A DNA stretch of 60,036 nucleotides from a virus (Duplodnaviria > Caudoviricetes): positions 1-60,036 of IMG/VR virus record IMGVR_UViG_3300033407_000012, one strand, 5' to 3'. Below the pieces are notes generated by a model. The model did no database searches and was not told the DNA's origin. It worked only from the letters and a program-made list of their open reading frames with translations. Numbering within the stretch: position 1 is the stretch's first letter; every line of letters starts with the position of its first letter. Both the position numbers and the translations under genes were made by a program. Shown here piece by piece: positions 1-8,303 of the stretch.

Positions 1-78
1 TCACCTTATGTTGTGCGGCCCGATGTTGCGAGGGGCCTTGTGTTGTCAACTAAGCGGTATTGCCTTGCTGATGAACAC

Positions 79-107
79 AACATAGTACCAACTCTGTCAG
101 ATGTCAA
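79..107 (-). promoter_or_regulatory. sigma70-type promoter for a gene left of the window
   Basis: Minus strand reads TTGACA-N17-TATGTT. Confidence 0.6.
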
Positions 108-287
108 ACCCTGTTTTCAATTTTTTCGAAAATAATTCACCGATAATCCTACACACTATAATACACGCGATTTCCCCGAAACAAGATTCTCCCCTAGCAA
201 ACAGATCTTGATTAATCAAGATTCCTCTCAAGCACGAAAAATCCGGTTATCTTGAACCGGACCTTTCAGAGTAAATTAGCCAGCAAA

Positions 288-692
288 TCAGCGCGCCTTG
301 CGTTCAATCATTTCAACAAAGGAAAAAACCTTTTTCATGATTGGTTCAAGACTCACCGTGTAATCGCTGATCACGTCGTAACCGTCATTGCCATAAACGA
401 GATACACCCAGCCAAGTTTCATGCCCGAAGCATCGCGGACAATCAATTGATCCTCATCAGTCGAATTGAGCGACGCCATGATTTCAGCGTACTTGGACGA
501 CTTCACCAAACACCAATCCTCGCCATCGTACACGCTTACCGTGTTGCCCGGAAACGCAAGGAATGATTTGATCAGCTTGCGCACAATGCGGCCTTCAATG
601 CGGATGCGCTTCGCCACGGAACTTTGCGGCCCGTCACGCTCAATCACACGTGCAACCGACTCTGCAAACCCATCACCTTTAGTAACACTCAT
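288..692 (-). CDS. Hypothetical early phage protein
   Basis: ATG at 692 follows the GAAAGGTTAC RBS; C-terminal LVYGNDGYDVISDY-type phage motif. Confidence 0.75.
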   Translation of the reverse strand: MSVTKGDGFAESVARVIERDGPQSSVAKRIRIEGRIVRKLIKSFLAFPGNTVSVYDGEDWCLVKSSKYAEIMASLNSTDEDQLIVRDASGMKLGWVYLVYGNDGYDVISDYTVSLEPIMKKVFSFVEMIERKAR

Positions 693-723
693 CGTGGTAA
701 CCTTTCCTTGTGTTGATGACTTA

Positions 724-752
724 ACACTAGCCCGGATCAGCACAACAGTCAA
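724..752 (-). promoter_or_regulatory. sigma70-type early promoter
   Basis: TTGACT-N17-TAGTGT. Confidence 0.65.
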
Positions 753-906
753 CCACTAGTTTTCACCTGTCACTTCTCACACCAGCAGCCTCTCGACAGA
801 TCTCAATTAATCAAGATTCTCAGTCTCATCCCGAATCCGATTAAATTAAGATCCCGCCCATTGACAAGCGAGCCGGGAGCACGAGGCCCCCGGACAATTC
901 GCCTTG

Positions 907-1164
907 TCAGAAATCAACCACAGGAGCGCCGAGATCATAGGGCTTTGAGTGCTCCCAAGCACTGTTGAATGCATCAAGGTTGACCTTGTGCAGCTTCAGT
1001 TCGGTGGCGTCGTCACGGACACCGCGCCAGCCGTCGATAGCCTTGCGAGCAGCCAGCTTTGTTTTTGCCGCCGCCCTTTCGTCAAAGCCTTCACTCGGGA
1101 TACGCTGCACAACGCCTTTCGGCGAGAGGATAACGTAATCGAGGCGTTCGGGTTCATTTGCCAT
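907..1164 (-). CDS. Hypothetical early protein
   Basis: ORF with GAAAGGTTAC RBS and an upstream TTGACA promoter. Confidence 0.75.
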   Translation of the reverse strand: MANEPERLDYVILSPKGVVQRIPSEGFDERAAAKTKLAARKAIDGWRGVRDDATELKLHKVNLDAFNSAWEHSKPYDLGAPVVDF

Positions 1165-1315
1165 TTTAGTAACCTTTCATTGTTGCATGATCAAACTAGC
1201 ATGCCATCACATAGGATGTCAACAAAACTTATTTGCAGATCCTAACAAAATTACACTTGACATCTGATCCACTTATGACCTACACTACACCATCGAAACA
1301 GCGAAAGGTTACCTC

Positions 1316-1591
1316 ATGACTGATAGTGTCATCAAAGACCTACCCAATGGCCTGCCTGTGTACTATGTTCTCGAAGTGTGCAACGTTACTAGCAGCGATC
1401 ACAGGCAAAACGACCTTTGCGAGCTTGTCACTCGTTTTTGTCCTGACCTTCCCAACAATCAGTTTTCAGTCGGCCTCCGTCACCACGATGGCGGCTTCTT
1501 TCAACTGCACTATCGCGACACTCTTGGCGAAATCATAGCCACGCGAAATCTCATGATTGAACTCCGCAGAAAGGAACTTGGTTTCGCCTAG
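1316..1591 (+). CDS. Hypothetical early protein
   Basis: GAAAGGTTAC RBS; TTGACA-N18-TACACT at about 1257. Confidence 0.7.
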   Translation: MTDSVIKDLPNGLPVYYVLEVCNVTSSDHRQNDLCELVTRFCPDLPNNQFSVGLRHHDGGFFQLHYRDTLGEIIATRNLMIELRRKELGFA

Positions 1592-1660
1592 CTGGCGACC
1601 CTTCGGGGTCTGCCCACAAATCTTGATTAATCGAGATCTAATCACGTCCAGGATAAGCCC

Positions 1661-1885
1661 CTAAGGGCTCACCTTCTTGATCTCGTTCTTGAGCCATGTA
1701 ATTTCCCAAGAGTGCCGACTTACCCCAGCACAATCGCTGGTAGCATCATGCATCCGCTTGTAGATGCTGTCATAAGACTCTTTCGAGAGGTAATGCAGCT
1801 TAGCCACATAAGATTCTCGAACGGTTATAGGGTCTGTATTGACAAACCCCTCCCCAGGAATGTACCTTGGACGATATTCCATCAC
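1661..1885 (-). CDS. Hypothetical protein
   Basis: ORF overlapping the stop of the upstream gene. Confidence 0.55.
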   Translation of the reverse strand: MMEYRPRYIPGEGFVNTDPITVRESYVAKLHYLSKESYDSIYKRMHDATSDCAGVSRHSWEITWLKNEIKKVSP

Positions 1886-2100
1886 TCCACCTTTTTGATC
1901 AGACCATTTTCCATAGTCACATAAGCGTAAAATTCACGCCCATAGGGTTTCTCATGCACCGCTGGTCGATGCGCCACGGAAAATGATCCGTTGTCCAGAC
2001 ACTGATTTCCGAATAGCGATGTTTCCACGTATTTGAGCGGCTGACCAATCGCCGCCTTCAGTTCCTTTTTGGATTTGTATCCAATAACAAGCACTGTCAT
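1882..2100 (-). CDS. Hypothetical phage protein
   Basis: GAAAGGTTAC RBS; YKSKKELK..IG..L.Y.ETS.FG motif. Confidence 0.75.
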   Translation of the reverse strand: MTVLVIGYKSKKELKAAIGQPLKYVETSLFGNQCLDNGSFSVAHRPAVHEKPYGREFYAYVTMENGLIKKVE

Positions 2101-2115
2101 GATAGTAACCTTTCG

Positions 2116-2400
2116 TTAGGATTGTTTGCTGATTTCGACTGCCAAGTCCGTAAGGTTGCTTGACAGCTTAGCCAGCATATAGGTCCGTTCGAACCATGCA
2201 CGGCGCGCAACCCGAAGCTGTCTTTCGTCGCGGTAGTCACGACCATGCGGAGTTGCAGCACTCAGAAGCTCCAAAGCCTTTTCACAAGCGACTTGCGCCG
2301 CCATCAATTGCTCAACCAGCTTTTTCGCATCTGTGCCGTTCATGTTGACATGGGGCACAATAAGAGGCTGCAAGAAATCGGTTTTGATTGGGTTTGGCAT
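2116..2400 (-). CDS. Hypothetical phage protein
   Basis: RBS before ATG 2400; NGT...PHGRDY motif; promoter TTGACG-N17-TAGGCT at about 2428-2456. Confidence 0.75.
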   Translation of the reverse strand: MPNPIKTDFLQPLIVPHVNMNGTDAKKLVEQLMAAQVACEKALELLSAATPHGRDYRDERQLRVARRAWFERTYMLAKLSSNLTDLAVEISKQS

Positions 2401-2569
2401 AGGGTAACCTTTCATTGTTTCAACATCAGCCTATCACACCTCTAGAGCGGCGTCAACACCCTTCACAAAAATAAAACCAGCTCCCGAAGAAAATTAAATC
2501 TTGATTTATCGAGATATTGCCGGTCTTCGCGCATCTTGATTTTTTGAGATCATCAAGCGAGCCGTACCC

Positions 2570-2884
2570 CTAGACGATTGGCTCGGAATCAGGATACGTG
2601 TCCCGCAGTAGCTTTTGCGCCTCCTCAAGCGTGAAACAAGACATGGTTGGCAGTAGCGTTTTCGGAGCCCGTGGGTCAGTGAAGGCCCAGTTTGCTTCCG
2701 TGTCGTGTGGCCCGTAGGGCGAAATGGAAACAAGATCATTTTCCCCGCCGTTGTAGGCGGTTGCCAAGTCAATCAGGGAGTCTGTTCCATTGCCTTCGAA
2801 CTCTTGGCCATCGGCAAATTTCGCGTACCCATAGAACTTGGCCATGCGCCAGCGCTCAGTTAAGCGGATAAGTGGTTCAACCAT
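2570..2884 (-). CDS. Hypothetical protein
   Basis: ORF in a coupled minus-strand operon. Confidence 0.6.
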   Translation of the reverse strand: MVEPLIRLTERWRMAKFYGYAKFADGQEFEGNGTDSLIDLATAYNGGENDLVSISPYGPHDTEANWAFTDPRAPKTLLPTMSCFTLEEAQKLLRDTYPDSEPIV

Positions 2885-3056
2885 GGAGCTTTGTCCCTTC
2901 GTCGTTTTTGTCGGCTAGGATAATCATCCCGTCACTGGCATCGATCACCGCAGCGCCGGGATTGCTTTCCATGTATTTGTTCGCCACGTCATCGTCAAAG
3001 AAGATTGCAATGACTTTGAAAGCGCGGCCCATGGTGATAAAGTAAAGACCCTGCAT
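2877..3056 (-). CDS. Hypothetical 59-aa protein (not in ORF track)
   Basis: MQGLYFITMGRAFKV...; TGATG coupling to the upstream gene. Confidence 0.6.
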   Translation of the reverse strand: MQGLYFITMGRAFKVIAIFFDDDVANKYMESNPGAAVIDASDGMIILADKNDEGTKLHG

Positions 3057-3289
3057 CAGTACACCCTCCTGTCCTTGAAAACCGCGTTCGGGAAAACTTT
3101 CTCAAGCACGGTTTGAATGTGGCCGTCTGTCACGGTGCGGTCCGCATAAACTTCATGAGACACACCGGACCGCGAGAAAACTGTCCATGCATCAGCGCCG
3201 GTCACAATTTCATCAACTGGAACCTTGCGCTGCTCACAAAAAGCGTGACACGCGGACTTTATCTTGTCGAACTGATTTGCAAGTTTCAT
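3056..3289 (-). CDS. Hypothetical early protein
   Basis: GAAAGGTTAC RBS; promoter TTGCGA-N17-TATAGT upstream. Confidence 0.7.
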   Translation of the reverse strand: MKLANQFDKIKSACHAFCEQRKVPVDEIVTGADAWTVFSRSGVSHEVYADRTVTDGHIQTVLEKVFPNAVFKDRRVY

Positions 3290-3708
3290 GCGGTAACCTT
3301 TCATTTTGTTGCACCTCCACTATAGCACAAGCCTGGACCTGTCGCAACATTTATTTTCAATCCACAAAAACCCACATAAAAGCTCACAGGCGCGCGTTTG
3401 ACTTCTCAAGGGACAGGGGGTATCTGACCACACCCACAAAACGCGTCAGCGGCCGCTATGGCGGAACCAGCACCTATCGACTCTCAGAGTGCACCGCACA
3501 AAAGCCTCCCCAAAACCTCCAGATACTAATCTTGATTTATTCGGATACGACCAATCACACTCCAACCGCTAAACCCGGCTCCGAAAATCTTGATTAATCA
3601 GGATTCGCCTTCGACACTCTATTTCAAGATTGTAACAATTCGTGACTTGACAGAAGCTAGCGTTCCCACATCGGCAACTGCTATAGTTAAAGGGTAAACA
3701 AGTACATG

Positions 3709-3724
3709 TGTTCCACGTGGAACA
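3709..3724. promoter_or_regulatory. Perfect parS-type palindrome
   Basis: TGTTCCACGTGGAACA matches the bacterial chromosomal parS consensus. Confidence 0.7.
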
Positions 3725-4316
3725 GTTAACGCGGAGTAACAAGATTCGGATATGCGGATACAACCCACGCCCAAAATCTGGCCAAATCAAGATTCATTAA
3801 AATTTGAGACAAATGCAATCAAGATTTCAAGATTTCGAGATTCTCGACGAATCTTGTTTCCGCGGTCACGCGAAATGGGTCCGGGGAGTTTGCTACGAAG
3901 GGCTTAGAAAAAATTTTTTTGTGGGCAGCGAAATCTCGAAATTTGCGGACCCGACGACCTCCGCGGACGAATCTTGATTAATCGAGATCACTATCAAGTC
4001 ACTCCATTGGAACAAATTCCCGCCGCCAACAGCCACAATTGGACAATGTTCCCGCACGATAACGGACATAGATCCACGGCAAAAGAAAATGTTCCCGCCA
4101 CCAGCAGCCCAGCGGCGTCCTAGCCCCAGCACGAACGTTCACCCCGCCCAAGCGCCCAGCCCAGCCGACAGGGGCCGCAATCGCAGCCTAGCCCAAGGAA
4201 CGAGGTTGCCACAGGTGGCGCACGGCCAGCCGACCGGGGCGAAATGCCACAAATCGGTGCGAATGCTCGGAAATGTCACGGATTATAGGGAGTATGGTGT
4301 CTTTTATAGAAAAAGC

Positions 4317-4409
4317 TGGCAATTATCTGGCAATTTACCTGAAAAATATCTGGCAATTCTTATGAAAAGTTGGCAATAAAAAGGATAATGTTCCGATAAA
4401 GTTGGCAAT
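4317..4409 (+). repeat. Five TGGCAAT direct repeats in an AT-rich tract
   Basis: Starts at 4317, 4328, 4351, 4371 and 4403. Confidence 0.8.
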
Positions 4410-4410
4410 C

Positions 4411-4842
4411 CTATCCAGTATAAGGTCCCAGTGCCAGATATTTTTCCAAATACATGACGGCTTCCTCCCAACCATACGCCACAGCCCACGCATATCCTTG
4501 CTCTTCAACGGCATTTTTGAAGGCAATCTGATCATCAGACAATCCTCCTTTTGAGTTGGCATGCTTGGGTTTGTGGACAGGCCTCTTTAGCTCCAACAAC
4601 AGACCGTGGAATCGGTCACGTGGTACCAACAAAACCGTATCACTGACTCCAGGTTTAGTCCCCGTGGCTCTCATTTTGCTGGCAGTTAGAATGTCTCGTT
4701 CGCCGCCGTTGGGGACTGAAAATAGCAATCTGGTAAAAAGTGGATTTTTGCTCTGCGCAGCCCACAAGAAGAAAGCTTTCTGGTGACAGTCCTCGCTGTC
4801 GCTGTTCTTTACGTGGTCGGCTGGTGAAATCCGTGCAGCCAT
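4411..4842 (-). CDS. VRR-NUC domain nuclease
   Basis: VPNGG.R, PGVSD, ELK, LS.DQ motifs. Confidence 0.85.
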   Translation of the reverse strand: MAARISPADHVKNSDSEDCHQKAFFLWAAQSKNPLFTRLLFSVPNGGERDILTASKMRATGTKPGVSDTVLLVPRDRFHGLLLELKRPVHKPKHANSKGGLSDDQIAFKNAVEEQGYAWAVAYGWEEAVMYLEKYLALGPYTG

Positions 4843-4939
4843 TACGGCGTCCTCGCTGTCAGGGGTAATTGTTAGCGAGAGGTTGCCACAGTGGGCAGGG
4901 CGCGTCAACCGGCCACCCTGCCCTAGCTGTCGAGGAGGA

Positions 4940-5248
4940 TCAGTGCTCAGACTTAATGTCGGCCACGACCTCAGCGTACATAGCTGCCCGCTCTTCGGCC
5001 TGCTTGGCCAGACCCTCCCTGATCTCTGTCATGGCACGACGAACACCATCTGCAATCTGCTGAATGCACTGTTCTATATCAGCGTCACTCTCATTAGTCG
5101 TCTCGTGGACGAACCATGCGTTGATTGAAATGACGTTGTCGAACGCAACAGCGACAGGGCCACGTTTCACAGTCTCAATGAACGTAATAGCTGGTTTTCT
5201 TTGCTCCAGTAGCGCCCTAAGTGCCTGTTTTTGTTCTTCCGTAGTCAT
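4940..5248 (-). CDS. Hypothetical protein
   Basis: AGGAG RBS; TTGACA-N17-TAGTGT at about 5280-5308. Confidence 0.65.
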   Translation of the reverse strand: MTTEEQKQALRALLEQRKPAITFIETVKRGPVAVAFDNVISINAWFVHETTNESDADIEQCIQQIADGVRRAMTEIREGLAKQAEERAAMYAEVVADIKSEH

Positions 5249-5491
5249 AAGATCGATACTCCTGTGTTGTAGTCACGAAACACTACTAGTTTGTACGAAA
5301 TTTGTCAAGTTGCCCCAGCTACGAGCCCAAATAATTGCTGCTTTATGCTGTATTACCAATAAAGCATTAAATGGCAAAAAACCACAGAACCAGAGGGGGT
5401 GCCCTCTATCACCCAACAAAAACCCGGCTTTTTTAAACCCTATGGCTTTATTACCCCTAATCTACCTCTCAACCCCTTGAAAACAAAGGCT

Positions 5492-5730
5492 GGACCCTTA
5501 AGGGTACACTACTAAATCATCTGGCTTTATTATACCTTTATATGTATTTATACTGTACCCATTTGGGTACAAGACTATATCTTTGGACCCGTAAGGGTAC
5601 AGTTGGACCCGTAAGGGTACACAACTCCTATCAAAATTGATCCGATAATTAAGTCCTGAGACCCATACTAAACACCCACTGGACCCGCAAGGGTACACCC
5701 TGTACATCACCCTTGTACCCGCGAGGGTAC
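5492..5730. repeat. Six G(G/T)ACCC-N4-GGGTAC quasi-palindromes (iteron-like)
   Basis: Copies at 5492, 5555, 5585, 5605, 5681 and 5715, with an AT-rich stretch at about 5515-5552. Confidence 0.85.
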
Positions 5731-5805
5731 ACTAGATCACCACCCCAACTCCCCAACCCCCGCCCCAATGGCCAAACTCTTCACCTCATTCATTAAAATC
5801 TAAAT

Positions 5806-5920
5806 CGCCTAATCGACCCGCACTACACACCAACCATGCCTCGCTTCATTCGTCGTTAATTTATCTCTGAAACAACAATTAAACCACCCGAGCCGCCTAA
5901 TCGACCCGCACTACACACCA
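5806..5920 (+). repeat. 27-bp perfect direct repeat, 2 copies
   Basis: CGCCTAATCGACCCGCACTACACACCA at 5806-5832 and 5894-5920. Confidence 0.9.
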
Positions 5921-5982
5921 CACTTGACATACTGCACTTAATGAACTACATTATGTTCAGCACAATTACAAAGCAGCATTAT

Positions 5983-6318
5983 ATGACCACGCCACTTAAG
6001 TATACTCCCTTACCCAAAAGTTTCTGGATAGATGACGTGCTTCATGCGCTGGTCAATAATAGTGAACACAAACATAAGTCCGCCAGAGCAATAGCTGATT
6101 CCACGGGGGTGCATCATAAAATTATAGCAAGGCTTCGCTTGGAACCACACTTACCATCCAAGGATATCACCATAGCCCTACTCGATTACTTGTTGCCACA
6201 GGGAAGTATTCTTGCGATTGTCGAGCAGCCGCCGCCAAAATCCACGCCGCTAAAGTGGCAAGATTTACCTTCAGTGCGCGCTGTGTCAGCAAATGCTTCC
6301 AATGACGAGGATTATTGA
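5983..6318 (+). CDS. Putative HTH DNA-binding protein (paralog 1)
   Basis: S.R.IA...GVH..II.RL Cro/XRE-like pattern; promoter TTGACA-N17-TACATT at 5924. Confidence 0.6.
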   Translation: MTTPLKYTPLPKSFWIDDVLHALVNNSEHKHKSARAIADSTGVHHKIIARLRLEPHLPSKDITIALLDYLLPQGSILAIVEQPPPKSTPLKWQDLPSVRAVSANASNDEDY

Positions 6319-6319
6319 C

Positions 6320-6559
6320 ATGACCACCTACTTCACACCTGTAGACGAGGACTACCCAATCAGTCATCTCCTTCATAATTTGGTCAACAGCGACCAACAC
6401 AAACACAAGTCCACGAGGTTTATTGCTCGTGCTATCAACATACATCCCAACGTGGTTATGCGACTTCGCCGAGAACCTTACCTACCCGCCGAGGACGCCA
6501 CCATGGCACTTCTGAGATACCTATTGCCGCAAGGTTCCCGCCTAGTAATCGTCTATTAG
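6320..6559 (+). CDS. Putative HTH DNA-binding protein (paralog 2)
   Basis: Shares LH.LVN...HKHKS.R.IA...LR.EP.LP...ALL.YLLPQGS with the upstream gene. Confidence 0.65.
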   Translation: MTTYFTPVDEDYPISHLLHNLVNSDQHKHKSTRFIARAINIHPNVVMRLRREPYLPAEDATMALLRYLLPQGSRLVIVY

Positions 6560-6568
6560 AGGCCTGAC

Positions 6569-6934
6569 ATGTCACTTTACATTTCAACACACCAATTGCG
6601 CAAACTGGTCGAGGATGGTAAGTCACCCTTAGAACATTTGTTTGACCAAAATTCCATAGGTGCAGCCGCCATAGCTATGCACGTTATCTTTCACCTATCA
6701 AAAAAACCTAACTACGCCAAGTCTCAGTATATTGCACGCCATGACTGTGTCAGAAGGATAAGGCAGCTTAGCCCGTACAAGGTAGCAGATACCGGGCAAA
6801 TGGCTGAAGAAATGTTAGATACTCTCATGCACGAAGGAATCATATACGCCCAAACCATACGCCCATCCACAAAACCGCTCAAAGTAATATGGCCTAGACT
6901 CGACCATGCAGCATGGGAACTGTTCCGCTCGTAA
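6569..6934 (+). CDS. Stand-alone paralog of the primase-helicase C-terminal domain
   Basis: AM.VIF.LSKK, Y.ARH.C.R, MAEE, RPSTKPLK and LDH.AWE shared with the C-terminus of 11841-14696. Confidence 0.85.
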   Translation: MSLYISTHQLRKLVEDGKSPLEHLFDQNSIGAAAIAMHVIFHLSKKPNYAKSQYIARHDCVRRIRQLSPYKVADTGQMAEEMLDTLMHEGIIYAQTIRPSTKPLKVIWPRLDHAAWELFRS

Positions 6935-7010
6935 ACTCGCTCCACGACTAAGAGCAAAACCAATGGGCGACCTCTTCACCCCATTCACAGTTTAACAAGG
7001 ACCACCCACC

Positions 7011-7463
7011 GTGACCAACCCCACCTCCACCCTTAACGTCGCCAATATTCGCAAGGTCATCAACCTTATTCGCGCTGCAAGTGACCCGGACGCACCGCAG
7101 CCACACGAACCCTTTCTTCACAACGGGAGGCCAGTCGCCTTCCACATGAATTACGCCGTGGTAAACGTCCAGGAAATGCTGGAATCTCATAAACAATTCG
7201 TAGGTGCTCCGCAGGATTGCGGCACAGTGGCCTGCATCGCCGGTTTCTGCGATATCCTGCAAAATCCCAACGCCAGATTTACTACCCTGTGTCCGACTAC
7301 CGCAATAGCGGAAGTATTCGGCGTCGATATTGAGTTAGCCCTTAAAATAGCATTTCCAAACAACAGCACCACAATTCACCTCCGTTCTGCCACCGCGGAG
7401 CATGCAATCAACATGCTTGAGAACCTGATTGCAACAGGGGAGGTGCGCTGGGTACTCGATTAG
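7011..7463 (+). CDS. Hypothetical protein, CG..AC.AG family (paralog A1)
   Basis: FHM...CGTVACIAG. Confidence 0.75.
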   Translation: MTNPTSTLNVANIRKVINLIRAASDPDAPQPHEPFLHNGRPVAFHMNYAVVNVQEMLESHKQFVGAPQDCGTVACIAGFCDILQNPNARFTTLCPTTAIAEVFGVDIELALKIAFPNNSTTIHLRSATAEHAINMLENLIATGEVRWVLD

Positions 7464-7601
7464 CAAACGGGTTAGGATAGTGCTGTCAAGTCCCACACAA
7501 AATACTTGACAATAACAGCCCACCACTTTAAAGTTCACATGCACCCTGTGGCAACCGGTGCGAAGATTTCAACAGGGCCAACATCACAAAGGAATGATAC
7601 A

Positions 7602-8030
7602 TTGTTCAAGGGTTTGAAAGACAAATTGTCGGGCGGCGCGAAGCGCATGAGCGGTCGTACTGATCTTCTGGAAGCTGTCTGCGCCGGTGCCGCACTTGTG
7701 GCTGCTGCTGACGGCACCATTGATGATTCCGAGGTCGAAGCGACGGCCAAGGCTGTTATGGCCAACGAGACGCTCAATACCGCTTTTGATGCCCGCGCCA
7801 TCGAAGGTTGCATCCAGCGCATGATCGACCGTGCCAACGGCGGACGTGTCGGCAAGATGGGTCTTTTCAAGGAAATCGACGACATCGCCAGCAATGCCGA
7901 AGAAGCGGAAATTGTGCTCCTGACTGCTATGGACATTGCCGATGCTGACGGCAGCGTTTCGCCGGAAGAAACGGCTGTCCTGGAAAGGATCGCAGGCAGG
8001 CTCGGTCTCAAGGTGTCCAGCTACGTGTAA
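7602..8030 (+). CDS. terB: TerB-family protein
   Basis: Two ADG.....E metal-binding motifs (AADGTIDDSE, ADADGSVSPEE); TTG start after AAGGA; promoter TTGACA-N17-TAAAGT at 7506. Confidence 0.85.
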   Translation: MFKGLKDKLSGGAKRMSGRTDLLEAVCAGAALVAAADGTIDDSEVEATAKAVMANETLNTAFDARAIEGCIQRMIDRANGGRVGKMGLFKEIDDIASNAEEAEIVLLTAMDIADADGSVSPEETAVLERIAGRLGLKVSSYV

Positions 8031-8052
8031 TCACGTGTAGCGACTTGCCAAT

Positions 8053-8096
8053 AGGCCCTTGATGCTGTATCATATGGCGTCAAGGGCCTTTCATTT
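8053..8096 (+). terminator. Probable intrinsic terminator
   Basis: AGGCCCTTGA...TCAAGGGCCT stem followed by T-rich sequence. Confidence 0.6.
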
Positions 8097-8119
8097 AAAC
8101 AACACCCAGGAATGCATCA

Positions 8120-8293
8120 ATGATGGACTTACTCAGAAAACACGTGCTCGCATGGACTACGTCAACCGCTTTGATTCTCACCATGCTGCAACTCGTAACG
8201 CCGTCCTTTATTGACTGGCTGTTTGATTTCATGGTTGTCGGCCTCGTGTTTATTTCCGCCAAGCTGGCAGCACCGGCACCCGTCAAGCGTTGA
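8120..8293 (+). CDS. Small membrane protein, 57 aa (not in ORF track)
   Basis: MMDLLRKHVLAWTTSTALILTML...; two hydrophobic segments. Confidence 0.55.
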   Translation: MMDLLRKHVLAWTTSTALILTMLQLVTPSFIDWLFDFMVVGLVFISAKLAAPAPVKR

Positions 8294-8303
8294 GGATCTG
8301 ATC

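Larger units (their letters stand above)
697..3302. promoter_or_regulatory. Start-associated/RBS motif GAAAGGTTAC, 6 copies
   Basis: Copies at 697, 1169, 1303(+), 2105, 2404 and 3293, each 3-4 nt before an ATG. Confidence 0.85.
205..3988. repeat. Dispersed 18-bp palindrome family, consensus ATCTTGATTAATCAAGAT
   Basis: Perfect copy at 205-222; variants at 800, 835, 1620, 2498, 2533, 3529, 3587 and 3971; all between the genes called here. Confidence 0.9.

Noticed and set aside
3310-4400. Short ORFs in the repeat-rich zone, and also 5498-5710
   Set aside because: No RBS or protein-like composition; they translate DNA repeats
205-5730. Palindromic repeats as a CRISPR array
   Set aside because: Spacing is irregular, whole genes lie between many copies, and there are no uniform spacers
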